DNA of 64,000 nt. Origin: an uncultured Candidatus Peribacteria bacterium. GTDB taxonomy: Bacteria > Patescibacteriota > Gracilibacteria > Peribacterales > Peribacteraceae. Positions 16,084 through 25,737 of this stretch are shown here, piece by piece (the first letter of the stretch is position 1; each line of letters starts with the position of its first letter). The translations under genes were made by a program, and so were the position numbers. The notes under the pieces are model-generated. The model did not search any database. It was not told the DNA's origin and was given only the letters and a program-made list of their open reading frames with translations. The stretch is taken from positions 476 to 64,475 of the forward strand of contig CAZENR010000009.1 of NCBI GenBank assembly GCA_964513925.1. The letters are read 5' to 3'.

Positions 16084-18609
16084 ATGGCCCAAAAAGTACT
16101 CGCAACAAACGGCTTACGCCCATCCGTAGACATGACCCCTGTAAAAGGAAGGGGGGCGTCTTCGACGGCTGCGAGAAAAATTTTCGACGCCATGCGGGCG
16201 CAAATTCGCGATGTATTTCCCGACGACGACCAAGAGGCATGGACGTGGACGGGCGAAGATTTCGTGCGGCATGAAATCGAGCGTCCGGGAGACGACTACC
16301 TTGTATGGCTGAAGGAGCAATACGAACCTTCCAACGAGTTTGCGCAGCGCATGGTGCGCCGCATGTTCACCATGTGGCAGGAAATGGAGGAGCAGGGCTT
16401 TTGTGCCAACGACCTGGAATTGTACGAACATCAAAAGGCGCTCTTTGCCTGGATGGCGCTAAACATTGCCAACGGAACGCACGACCAAATCGCAAACCTG
16501 CTCATTCGCTCTCCGTATGGCAGCGGCAAAAGCTTGACTGCCGGTCTTGCGGTGCGCGCGTTCACCGAGGTGCAAGCGGAACTGGAGTCCGAGGGCATTG
16601 CCGCAAACAAGCTGCCAACCGGCGTGCTGCTTGGGCTGCGCAAGGAACATATGCTGCAAAACGCCGTCGGCCAGCAGTACGCTGTGCTACAGCCGCCCTA
16701 CACCGTGGAACGTGCCGATATCAACGTCTACTGGAAGAACTTGGAAACCATGTTCGGGGACGATTTCGCCAAGCATTTTAAGAAGCCAGGAGGAAAGACG
16801 CATCCGTTCTACGACTTATTCGCTACCGATGAGTCCGACACGGAGGAAACGCTGCCGACACCAGCACGAGTGGAGCGCCTCATTGGCACCATGGATGCCA
16901 ACCAGCAGCGCACGTGGACTGCCATGTCTGCAAAGCGTCGAGGCGAAATCACCCGCATGCTCACCATGCTCGCAGCAGGCGAGGTAGTATTGGTGCCGGA
17001 TATCTACAACGTACCGCAGCCGGAGCGTCCGCTGCCACGCGAAGAAAACGAAGACAATGCAGAACAACGGTATCGCGGCGACAGCGCACACGCCTTGCGC
17101 GAATCCGCCACCTACCGTGTAAAAGCAACGCACAAACACCTTGCCCTGGACGCAAGTACGTACACCACCAAACCGGATACGACGAATCCGGCGCAGTTCT
17201 GCATTGCGTATGGATCCATGGTGACGCGGCATACCGAGAATATCCGCGCCGACATCCGCGAGGAGGTTCTGCGTCGGGCGCGGTTTTTGTCCGTGGACGA
17301 AGCCGGCGCATACACCCCGGGCTCGCTTGCCGATTCCATGGGAGAGTTAAGCGAAGAGTGGCCATTGGTATTGGGCTTTACCGGACAAGACCGCGGCATA
17401 GAAGGTTGGAGTCAGCGATCACCGGTGCTATCGGTGCAGCAGATGATTCGACTAAAGCTGATGAAGCCCATCGCCTTCATGGGATTGGGCAGTGCCGAGA
17501 GTCCCCCGCCGGTAGGAACCGAAGAGGCGTGGAACGCATACAAAGACCGTATGTTCTCGCCAGAAGCCACCGCCGAAGCATTGGGCTTGCCGCAACCGTA
17601 CGAGTTGGACTCGGTGGTCATTGCGCCACCCAAGCACCTGCGCGAATACGCACATCGCATTCGAAAGGCACATGAAGAACAAGGGATACCGGTGAAAATT
17701 TGGTGCTTCGACCCCGATGCCCGTGACAGTCGTTGGTCGATTGTGGTCAACGGCTTCAATGCCCCAAAGGAACAGGGTGAACCGCGTCGTATTCTGGTGG
17801 CTCCACCTTCGCAAATGGCCGAGGCGCTGCACTTGCACGCGGAGTGCTACGACGTGCTGGCGCCCATGAACAAGTTCGCCATCGACCAGGCACGGGGGCG
17901 CTTGGGCCACATCCGAAACAACGGCAGCGCTAGCCAGCAGGCAAAAGCACGAACGTATTTCCGCGTACAGTGGCTGCAGGGCACCACCGGCGAGCCGTAC
18001 ATTCGCGAAGTGGCTAAAATGATGGGCTATGCCTTGCCCGACGAAAACGCCACATGGCAGCCGCTGCGCTGCATGATCGATGCCGCCGCATACCATGCCG
18101 ACGCCAGACGCAAGGGCCTGAGTGATCCCGAGCCGATTCCAGATGCATCCAAGGTACAATTACGCAAGCGCCGTATGGCGGCAAAGCGGACATGGACTCC
18201 TATCAAGTCCACTAGCCCCTTCGTCTTGGAAAAGGAACGCCGACGCGCCGAGCGGGAATCGAAAAAAAGAACATCGGCCTACGTGCCACCAAAACAAGGA
18301 TTGGACCCCGCCCTGGAGCGAACTATGGGCGGAGGACTCCTTCCGAGCAGGCAAACATTTGTCATTCAGCGGGGCAAGATGCGCGCGAGTGTTGAGACGA
18401 CTGGCGAAGGCAAAGTAAGCAACTTGTATGAGATCGTGGTGCAATTCGGCATTCACTCGTATCAGGCATCGCTGCAAGTGAAAGCAGACAACGAATTCCG
18501 TGCTGGAAAACGCGGCGATGCACTCGCCAACGCTGTCATAGACGAAGCGGTGCGTTTGCGCGGAGTGGCAGACCGCCGTGCCGGTCGAACGGAGGAAGAC
18601 TACGAGTAG
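16084..18609 (+). CDS. SF2 (DEAD/DEAH-like) helicase-family protein with basic C-terminal extension
   Basis: Motif I SPYGSGKS, motif II LSVDEAG, motif VI QARGRLGH. Start is uncertain (TTG 16060 or ATG 16084). Confidence 0.65.
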   Translation: MAQKVLATNGLRPSVDMTPVKGRGASSTAARKIFDAMRAQIRDVFPDDDQEAWTWTGEDFVRHEIERPGDDYLVWLKEQYEPSNEFAQRMVRRMFTMWQEMEEQGFCANDLELYEHQKALFAWMALNIANGTHDQIANLLIRSPYGSGKSLTAGLAVRAFTEVQAELESEGIAANKLPTGVLLGLRKEHMLQNAVGQQYAVLQPPYTVERADINVYWKNLETMFGDDFAKHFKKPGGKTHPFYDLFATDESDTEETLPTPARVERLIGTMDANQQRTWTAMSAKRRGEITRMLTMLAAGEVVLVPDIYNVPQPERPLPREENEDNAEQRYRGDSAHALRESATYRVKATHKHLALDASTYTTKPDTTNPAQFCIAYGSMVTRHTENIRADIREEVLRRARFLSVDEAGAYTPGSLADSMGELSEEWPLVLGFTGQDRGIEGWSQRSPVLSVQQMIRLKLMKPIAFMGLGSAESPPPVGTEEAWNAYKDRMFSPEATAEALGLPQPYELDSVVIAPPKHLREYAHRIRKAHEEQGIPVKIWCFDPDARDSRWSIVVNGFNAPKEQGEPRRILVAPPSQMAEALHLHAECYDVLAPMNKFAIDQARGRLGHIRNNGSASQQAKARTYFRVQWLQGTTGEPYIREVAKMMGYALPDENATWQPLRCMIDAAAYHADARRKGLSDPEPIPDASKVQLRKRRMAAKRTWTPIKSTSPFVLEKERRRAERESKKRTSAYVPPKQGLDPALERTMGGGLLPSRQTFVIQRGKMRASVETTGEGKVSNLYEIVVQFGIHSYQASLQVKADNEFRAGKRGDALANAVIDEAVRLRGVADRRAGRTEEDYE

Positions 18610-18614
18610 CCCTC

Positions 18615-20825
18615 ATGCCCAAGCCACAACTCCCCATCGGCATACACGAGAAGCTTGAGCTGCAAGAGCCAGATACGTGGAACGTCGACGATTTCGAAGG
18701 GTACGAGCGAATGGCGGTATCACGCGGCAATACTGTGCTAGAAACAATTTTTCACGAAACGCGCACCCCGCTTCCAAAGCTGATTGCATCGGTTCGCTGG
18801 TCGCAACTCAGGTTTCCCTACAGAGAATTCGCGATAGCCTGCGGCATGAGCCCAAACGGCTACAAGCCAATGGAACAGGATCTACAACCGCGTGCGGTTC
18901 CACACCGCGAAAAGTACACCAAGCTGCTGCGCTTCTGGGAAAAGAAGGGTGTGGCTTCCGGCATCCGAGAGCAACTGCTCGACCTGCTTACCATCCCCGA
19001 GCTGCTCGATACGTATGACGAATCTGCGGATTTACTCGATATCGTGCAGCACATGCGCTCGGAGACCGAGCTGGTACTTGGCATAGACCAGATGACAGCC
19101 TTCTACCACCGGATCGGTTACGACGTTGGGCATGAAGCAGTTGAGAAGCAGTTCCATAGCTTCTACAACACGGCGTGGCAACGCGAACGTACGGGTACGG
19201 TTCCGGATTACCGCGCCTTGCTTGAGCTAGTGAACACCATGTACGCGGGACGCGGTGATGCCAAAACCCGCATGCGCACGCTGCGCCTACAACAGGCTGA
19301 AGCAGTATGGGAAGGGGTGAAGCGCCAGCAGTACTTGGATCGCGAGCTCGAGCTGCCGCTTGCCGACATGCTCATTGCCATGGAGCGCCACATTGCCACG
19401 GTGCAAGGTGCCACCCTTACCGCAGAAACGCTGCGGGACACCTTCGGTTTTGGCCCAATGCACGCGCAACATCTTATTCAATGTGAACTCATAGAGCCCG
19501 AAGCGATGTCGCAGGTTATAGTCACATGCGTGCCGGCAAAAGGCCGAAAGGACATGCAAGCTGCATGGGCCACAGCATTCGAAGCTGAACAGCAGCGTGG
19601 CAGCTTCCGCAGACTCTGCCAAGAAGCCATGGCCGAACGCGGCTACACCGCCGCCGATGTGGCAAACATTCTAGGGGTAACAGCGCCCGAAGACCGGGGT
19701 AAAGAACCTGTAGACCGTGAATACCGCTATCGCCCGGATTCAGAGGTACGCGGCGTACTGCTGCACAACCAGGTAAGCCGACAAATCGCTGTGGAAGCCA
19801 TGGTGCAAGTTGTCGCGCGGGATCCTGCGCACGCAAGCATGTTGAGACAGGCGTACATTGATGACCGTACACGATTTTTTAAGCGCACGGGCGCACGTTT
19901 AAGCGGCGACGGACTGCGCATGCGCATCGCCCGGGAATTGGCAAATGTCTCCATGTCCGAACTGGCACTGCATTTCTTGCGCAAAAAAGATCATGGTAAC
20001 GCGGCCGTGGTGCGCGCCAAAGATTTAGAATTACAGCGTCTGGAACGCAACGAAGGGAAGACGCACGCAATCACCCACGGAAGAGTAAACCGCATCCTGC
20101 ACGAGGTTGCATTGACGCGCGCGCAAGAGGCGCTGGATCGGGCGGCCAGCTACGGAGAACTTTCCCCCGAGACACTCTCGTCTGATGGCGTGCAATCGTT
20201 CGCGAAACAACTCATAGCCGCACTCAAAACCGGTGCCGGCGGCATTTCCGACGCCATGCGCGACATGGCCCGAAAAGACGACGAATGGCTGCGATCGGAC
20301 CTCATTACCGCCATGGCTGAAGGAACGTTCGTCCCGACCCTGCCGCAATTGCGACTCATGGCAAAGTCGACTGCCGATGCAGCGCTTCCAGAGCAAGTCC
20401 TCGCCGACTGGCACGCTCGTTTTCCGCAGGCGCTGACCGGTGGCGTCATGCAATTCGGCACCGTTACCAAGCCGTTGCCACGCGTGCTGTGCACGCTCAT
20501 CGCCATGAGAGAGTCCAATCCCATCGACTTCTTTAAAGACCGGGTACCAGGCGTGGTACCGACCATTGGCACCAAGCACCTACGCAGCCTGGAAGCCGGA
20601 CAGAACGTGGATTGGAAGTATCTTCACAAATACCTGCTGGCATGCGGACTGCAACCCGGTCAAACGTCATACCGACTGGCAAACCTGCTCTACAACAATG
20701 GCGGCGACACTGCCGCGGCAATCCGTGAACTCAAGCCAGGTCTCGAGAAAGCGCGCCTGCAGCCAAGCGCGCTCACGCTCCCCGGCCTACTGCCAGAAGA
20801 GCTAGGTCGGAAAAAGAAGAGCTGA
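18615..20825 (+). CDS. large hypothetical protein with several HTH-like modules (736 aa)
   Basis: Starts 5 nt after the helicase stop. Repeated segments resemble Xre-type HTH (FAIACGMSPNGY, TAADVANILGV, MSELALHF). Confidence 0.55.
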   Translation: MPKPQLPIGIHEKLELQEPDTWNVDDFEGYERMAVSRGNTVLETIFHETRTPLPKLIASVRWSQLRFPYREFAIACGMSPNGYKPMEQDLQPRAVPHREKYTKLLRFWEKKGVASGIREQLLDLLTIPELLDTYDESADLLDIVQHMRSETELVLGIDQMTAFYHRIGYDVGHEAVEKQFHSFYNTAWQRERTGTVPDYRALLELVNTMYAGRGDAKTRMRTLRLQQAEAVWEGVKRQQYLDRELELPLADMLIAMERHIATVQGATLTAETLRDTFGFGPMHAQHLIQCELIEPEAMSQVIVTCVPAKGRKDMQAAWATAFEAEQQRGSFRRLCQEAMAERGYTAADVANILGVTAPEDRGKEPVDREYRYRPDSEVRGVLLHNQVSRQIAVEAMVQVVARDPAHASMLRQAYIDDRTRFFKRTGARLSGDGLRMRIARELANVSMSELALHFLRKKDHGNAAVVRAKDLELQRLERNEGKTHAITHGRVNRILHEVALTRAQEALDRAASYGELSPETLSSDGVQSFAKQLIAALKTGAGGISDAMRDMARKDDEWLRSDLITAMAEGTFVPTLPQLRLMAKSTADAALPEQVLADWHARFPQALTGGVMQFGTVTKPLPRVLCTLIAMRESNPIDFFKDRVPGVVPTIGTKHLRSLEAGQNVDWKYLHKYLLACGLQPGQTSYRLANLLYNNGGDTAAAIRELKPGLEKARLQPSALTLPGLLPEELGRKKKS

Positions 20826-20905
20826 ACACTGGATGCCGGAAAGCACATCTTGCAAATTGCCGTGCGCCGGAAGCGTCCTAGGCATGGCGCCAGCCTCGGG
20901 GGTTT

Positions 20906-20983
20906 GGGGCGTCTACTAAAAAAGGGAAGACGCGACTAAAAATGTACTGTATTCTCTCGCGCACGGGCGCCTAGCTCAGTTGG
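20906..20983 (+). repeat. diverged duplicate of the tRNA-Val(TAC) promoter/leader plus first 19 nt of the tRNA
   Basis: About 85% identical to 21001-21077 (offset 94-95 nt). The tRNA-like part 20965-20983 breaks off in the D-loop. Confidence 0.8.
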
Positions 20984-21058
20984 CCTAGCCTCGCAGATGC
21001 GGGGCGTCTGCAAAAAAGAGAAGACGCGACGAAACATGTGATGTATCCTCATGCGCAC

Positions 21059-21135
21059 GGGCGCCTAGCTCAGTTGGTTAGAGCGACGAGCTTACACCTC
21101 GTAGGTCAGGGGTTCGAATCCCTTGGCGCCCACCA
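21059..21135 (+). tRNA. tRNA-Val (anticodon TAC), CCA encoded
   Basis: Cloverleaf read by hand: GGGCGCC/GGCGCCC acceptor, loop CTTACAC, T-arm AGGGGTTCGAATCCCTT. Confidence 0.9.
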
Positions 21136-21191
21136 TCGCATTCCGCTGCGGCTTGCTCCGGATGCAACACATCCTCTACACTCTGCCAGCT

Positions 21192-21410
21192 ATGCAGAAC
21201 ATCCTCATGACCATCGAAACGGTGATCGCCATCCTGATGTCGCTGTGCATCCTGTTGCAACACCGCGCCTCCGGGTTGTCTGCCACTTTCGGCGGAAGCG
21301 GCGCCACGTACGTACAGCGCCGTGGAGCAGAAAAGGCGTTGTTCGTGTTTACGATCTGGTTGTCGGTGGCGTTCTTCGCCATCGCACTGGCACTCATGTA
21401 TCTCGGATAA
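21192..21410 (+). CDS. secG: preprotein translocase subunit SecG
   Basis: Two TM segments. LLQHRASGLSATFGGSG motif. Confidence 0.7.
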   Translation: MQNILMTIETVIAILMSLCILLQHRASGLSATFGGSGATYVQRRGAEKALFVFTIWLSVAFFAIALALMYLG

Positions 21411-21486
21411 GGGAGAGTTGAGAGCCGCGGGCGCACAAGCATGGAAAGCGCGCACCCACGGCCCGCGTACGGTTCTTCGTTAACCC

Positions 21487-23724
21487 ATGCTGCGTTCCAT
21501 CCTCCGAATCCTCGCGGCCATGTCGCGCATCGAGCGCATTGCACTCGGTGGTTTGCTGTTCGTGCTTGTAGTCAGCCTGTCGATGCTGCTGCGCGAATTT
21601 TACATCGATAACTCCGTTCAGGTGCCCGTGGCAGGAGGTACGTATATTGAAGGATCCGTCGGCGAACTGCTGCCGCTAAATCCCTGGTTTACGGTTGCAA
21701 ACGACGTGAATCGCGACATCGTCTCGCTGGTTTTTGCGGGGCTTTTGAAATACGACCCATCCACCGGAAAAATCGTCGAGGATCTGGCAACCATGAACGT
21801 CTCTTCGGATAACCGCATCTACACACTCACGCTCAAGCCGGGACTACAGTGGCACGACTCAACAAAAGAACACCCGCACCCCGTCGTCGCAGACGACGTC
21901 GTCTTCACCTTCACCATGGTGCAAGATCCCGAGTTCCCCAATGCCATGCTGCGTCAGAACTTCCGTGGTGTGCAGGTAGACAAAATCGATGACCGGACGG
22001 TGCGTTTCCGCTTGGAGAAGCCATACTCGTTCTTCACCAGCAATCTGACTCTCGGCTTGCTCCCACAGGCATCGTTTAAAGATGTGCCTGCAGCGGATTT
22101 AGACCAGGTCCTGGATTTCGGCTTCAACCCGGTCGGCGCAGGACCGTACAGCTTTGTCAGTTTGCTGCAGACGGATTTATCGACCGAGGTCACACTCAAG
22201 CGTTTCGCACGACCGGGAATGCCCGAGTATCACTTGGAACGGCTGGTATTCCGCATCTTCCCAGACTATCAAGCGCTGCTTTCGGACATCATTAACTTAA
22301 ACGGCGTACGATTGGTCCCCAGAAACGAACACGGCCAACCTATTATTCCCAAGCGCTTCACGGCGGTACCGTACACATTGCCTCAGTACGTGGCGCTGTT
22401 CTTCAACCTAAACCGGGATGTACTGTCAGACCGTCAATTACGCTTGGGCCTGCAGCTGGCAACGGACAAGAGCGCCGTGGCCGGCGTAGCCAACGAAACG
22501 AACATCGTCGACACTCCCCTGCTCGAAATCGACCTAGGCGACTGGAGGTACAAGTACGACCTGACCTCTGCACAGGGTGCGTTGTTTGAGTCCAACTGGA
22601 ACATGCCGGAAAAGTTGAAGCTGCAACGATTACTGGAACTGCGCGAAGCCAACTCCGTCGGACCGCTGAAGGCAATCCCCAACGTCGTTTTGCTTGAGAC
22701 GGGTGCATCGCTGGTACTGACCGGGGCACTGGCGGACATTGGCAAGGAACACGTATCTATCAACGGCATTCTTGCCAGTACCGGAAGTGCTCTGCCGGCC
22801 GGAACGCAAACCGGAACCTGGCTAGTAAAGCTACCTACCGACCGCAGCAACAGCGGAGCGCTGAAAATGGGAATGAACATCATCAAGATGACCCTGGCCG
22901 ATGGAGACATTATCGACTCTGCCTACATGTTGCGCGTTTCAGACGTACAGACGTACGAGCGCGCAGTTCGCGAGCAGCAGCTTGTCGATGAATTCCTGCG
23001 CACGAAGCAACTGGCCGCAAACGACCCAAAGCGTCTCACTGCCGACCAGTTGTATCTGGAAAACGGCTACTTGCGGCGCAAGGTCGAGGGCGACGCCCCG
23101 CATCGACGAGTCAACGCACAAGGCAAGGAACTGGTGTTAACGCTGTTGACCAGCAACAAACCTGAGACGTATCCCTTGGTGGCCGAGAAGATCAAGAAGC
23201 AGTGGGAATCTCTCGGCATCGGCGTAAAAATCGAGGTGCCAAAAACACGCAAAGAATTCGAGCAACGCATGCTGCTGCGCGATTACGACGTACTGCTCTT
23301 CGGCCAATCATTGCTGGATAACCTAGACAGCTATCCGTACTGGCACTCCAGCCAAACGCAGGAAAGCGGCGACAAGCAAAAACTGAAGCTGGATGCGTTC
23401 AACTTATCTCAGTACGCATCACTGGAAGCCGACTTGCTGCTTGCGCGCATTCGCGAAACCAGCGATGGCAAGACGCGCGAAAAGGCGCTAAAAGAACTGA
23501 ATGAGATCCTCAAGCGCGATGTTCCGGCGGTGTTCCTCTACTCGCCGCTGTACGTGTACGCATACGACGAGAGTATTTCGGGCATTCAGCCCGGCGCACT
23601 GTCGCTGCACTCCGATCGCTTCCTCACGCTGGAGCACTGGTACATAAGCACCGAACGTCGCTTCAAAGAGGGAAAGAGCTGGCTTTCGTTGCCTGGCTGG
23701 CTACTGCGACTGGGCAGGTCTTAG
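21487..23724 (+). CDS. membrane-anchored family-5 (peptide/nickel type) solute-binding protein-like
   Basis: 745 aa with an N-terminal TM anchor. SBP_bac_5-like N-terminal region (LKYDPSTGKIVEDLA..., LKPGLQWHD). Confidence 0.6.
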   Translation: MLRSILRILAAMSRIERIALGGLLFVLVVSLSMLLREFYIDNSVQVPVAGGTYIEGSVGELLPLNPWFTVANDVNRDIVSLVFAGLLKYDPSTGKIVEDLATMNVSSDNRIYTLTLKPGLQWHDSTKEHPHPVVADDVVFTFTMVQDPEFPNAMLRQNFRGVQVDKIDDRTVRFRLEKPYSFFTSNLTLGLLPQASFKDVPAADLDQVLDFGFNPVGAGPYSFVSLLQTDLSTEVTLKRFARPGMPEYHLERLVFRIFPDYQALLSDIINLNGVRLVPRNEHGQPIIPKRFTAVPYTLPQYVALFFNLNRDVLSDRQLRLGLQLATDKSAVAGVANETNIVDTPLLEIDLGDWRYKYDLTSAQGALFESNWNMPEKLKLQRLLELREANSVGPLKAIPNVVLLETGASLVLTGALADIGKEHVSINGILASTGSALPAGTQTGTWLVKLPTDRSNSGALKMGMNIIKMTLADGDIIDSAYMLRVSDVQTYERAVREQQLVDEFLRTKQLAANDPKRLTADQLYLENGYLRRKVEGDAPHRRVNAQGKELVLTLLTSNKPETYPLVAEKIKKQWESLGIGVKIEVPKTRKEFEQRMLLRDYDVLLFGQSLLDNLDSYPYWHSSQTQESGDKQKLKLDAFNLSQYASLEADLLLARIRETSDGKTREKALKELNEILKRDVPAVFLYSPLYVYAYDESISGIQPGALSLHSDRFLTLEHWYISTERRFKEGKSWLSLPGWLLRLGRS

Positions 23725-23833
23725 GGGTGTAAAAGTGCCTCGTTGTAATTGGACTTGTCATAGCTCCAGACTTTCCCTATGCTTTTGCGGCTCTCTGCTT
23801 TACCATATCGTTTCAGTAGAGACACTTCGACCC

Positions 23834-24292
23834 ATGGAAGTCCTTCTTCTTACCGACATTCCCGGCATTGGCAGGCGCAGCGACGTCATCGTTGTTGGCA
23901 ACGGCTTTGCCTTGAACCACCTCCTGCCTCAGCGCAAGGCATTGGTTGTCACACCAAGCGTGCGCCGCCGCTACGCCGAGCAAATCAAGCAGCGCGCAAT
24001 CCAGCGCGATCAGGAGAAGAGCTTGCAGGCAACCGCAATGGACGCCATTAAGGGCAAGACCGTCCTGCTCACCAAGAAGGCAAGCAAGACCGGCAAGTTG
24101 TACGCCGGTATTACCGAGAAGATGATTTCCGATGCTATTGCCACGCAACACAGCCTTGCTATCGGCGAAGGCAACATTAATTTGGATGAGCACATCAAGA
24201 CTGCAGGCAAGCACTCCATCACTGTGAAGATGGGTGACCAGACCGCCACGTTCACGCTGGATGTGAAGGGCGACGTCAAGGCCGCCGAGTAA
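23834..24292 (+). CDS. rplI: 50S ribosomal protein L9
   Basis: MEVLLLTDIPGIGRRSDVIVVGNGFALNHLLPQ... Confidence 0.88.
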   Translation: MEVLLLTDIPGIGRRSDVIVVGNGFALNHLLPQRKALVVTPSVRRRYAEQIKQRAIQRDQEKSLQATAMDAIKGKTVLLTKKASKTGKLYAGITEKMISDAIATQHSLAIGEGNINLDEHIKTAGKHSITVKMGDQTATFTLDVKGDVKAAE

Positions 24293-24354
24293 TGCGACCA
24301 TTTCGCATTGCCGCTAGACTGGAGCAAGCACCGTAAGCCTGTTACTCTGCGCGT

Positions 24355-25059
24355 ATGTTGATGTTGCAAGAAATCGGCGGCCTAGAATCTTCCGCACCTT
24401 CAGAAGGCGCCGGCAGTGCTTCCGAGCAGCTGTCCGAGGCTGCTAAGGAGCGTTTTGCGCAGGCTAGTAAGCAAATAAAGCAAATTATTCGTGAGGAGAA
24501 GAAGGCTCGGAAGCGCGACGACAGCGTCGCGCGCACAATCATGCAGTTTCTGGGTGACGAGAAGTACACAGCATTCTTTCCGTTGATCTCTCATCTTTCT
24601 GCCCGCGATTGCCCATCCATCTTCATCCTGGCGCTGCTATCGCTTATTCACGACCCTTCCTCGGCATCGGTGGAAGACTACATTCGCGACAACCGTATCG
24701 CCATCGACGAATCCTCTACGGAAAACATCGCAGGCATCGATTCTGGGCTTCCGCCAGATCTCCGCAAGCGCCTGCTCTCCTGGATTTCGCGTCTTGAGCT
24801 TGTCATGAGTATCGATGCGCGCAAAATCCTGGTACGGCTGATGGTCGATGAGGAGAACATAGACGGAACGGTGCTGGAGCTAACTACCACGGTACTCGTA
24901 GAATTCTTCGCACGCGCAGAACGCCCCATTCCCTATGACGATCTGCAGCCGTTGACCATGGGCATTCTGCAAACGGTTATCGAGCCATACGTGGATATCA
25001 TCGAAGAGCACTTCAGGCAGCTAAAAGAAGAGGAGCGCAAAAAGCAGGAAGAGGAATAG
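24355..25059 (+). CDS. hypothetical protein (234 aa)
   Basis: Intact ORF with charged termini. No motif recognised. Confidence 0.5.
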   Translation: MLMLQEIGGLESSAPSEGAGSASEQLSEAAKERFAQASKQIKQIIREEKKARKRDDSVARTIMQFLGDEKYTAFFPLISHLSARDCPSIFILALLSLIHDPSSASVEDYIRDNRIAIDESSTENIAGIDSGLPPDLRKRLLSWISRLELVMSIDARKILVRLMVDEENIDGTVLELTTTVLVEFFARAERPIPYDDLQPLTMGILQTVIEPYVDIIEEHFRQLKEEERKKQEEE

Positions 25060-25611
25060 TCACCCTGCAAACAAGGCATCCTGCAGCGGCGTTTGCTTTT
25101 GGCCGCCGACATTTCCATACAGCCGCAATCTCTGGCAAGGAATGGAGAACGCGGCCTCGCTGAAATGTTTCAATGCCCGTTTTTTTGCTATGGAAAAACG
25201 TTCCGGATGCGAGACGCGCGCAAGCGTTATGTGTGGATGGAACGCGCGCCGGTCGGTCCACGGGCACGCCTTTTTCAGTAGAGCCAACTCAGGGGAAAAC
25301 GCCACGGCGAAGAAGACCACCGCATCTCTCCCCTTCTCTCCGAAGGTCCCAGTTCCGGTAACAGTGAGTGAGAATCTCTCGGTCTTGCGTGCAATGGCTT
25401 CTGCCTGAGCTGCAATGCCTTGGTACTCCAATTCCCCCACTTCCGGCCAGAACATCAGTGTCAGGTGAGCGGTGTCCGGATTCTGCAATGACAAGCAGTC
25501 ATCGTATCCGGCAAGCAATCGCTGGTACCGAAGAAACTCCTGCTGCGCTTCGTTCTCAAGCGGCAAGGCAAGGAACGTGCTGCGGAGGGGAAAGGAAGGC
25601 GCTAGTGCCAT
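25060..25611 (-). CDS. thpR: RNA 2',3'-cyclic phosphodiesterase / 2'-5' RNA ligase family
   Basis: Two H-x-T-x motifs (HLTL, HITL). Start at ATG 25611 is preferred over 25719. Confidence 0.65.
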   Translation of the reverse strand: MALAPSFPLRSTFLALPLENEAQQEFLRYQRLLAGYDDCLSLQNPDTAHLTLMFWPEVGELEYQGIAAQAEAIARKTERFSLTVTGTGTFGEKGRDAVVFFAVAFSPELALLKKACPWTDRRAFHPHITLARVSHPERFSIAKKRALKHFSEAAFSIPCQRLRLYGNVGGQKQTPLQDALFAG

Positions 25612-25701
25612 GCCAGAAGTATACCGTGGCAAGGCTCCCCAACAGTCCGAAAACACGCGAAGCTCTTTCGGATTCCAAGGCCCACAGCAAGATCGAACTT
25701 T

Positions 25702-25735
25702 AGGAATCCTGGAATCCAAGGAGTCTTGGAATCCC
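25702..25735. repeat. GGAWTCC array (4 units, 4 GANTC cores)
   Basis: AGGAATCCTGGAATCCAAGGAGTCTTGGAATCC, starting 3 nt from the lepA stop. Confidence 0.8.
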
Positions 25736-25737
25736 GT

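Noticed and set aside
21038-21421. 127-aa ORF (+) starting upstream of secG
   Set aside because: It reads straight through tRNA-Val(TAC). secG (21192..21410) is in a different frame and explains the coding signal.
25611-25719. Longer thpR start at 25719
   Set aside because: The extra 36 aa are Cys/Trp/Arg-rich and overlap the GGAWTCC array. ATG 25611 gives a normal 2H-phosphoesterase N-terminus.
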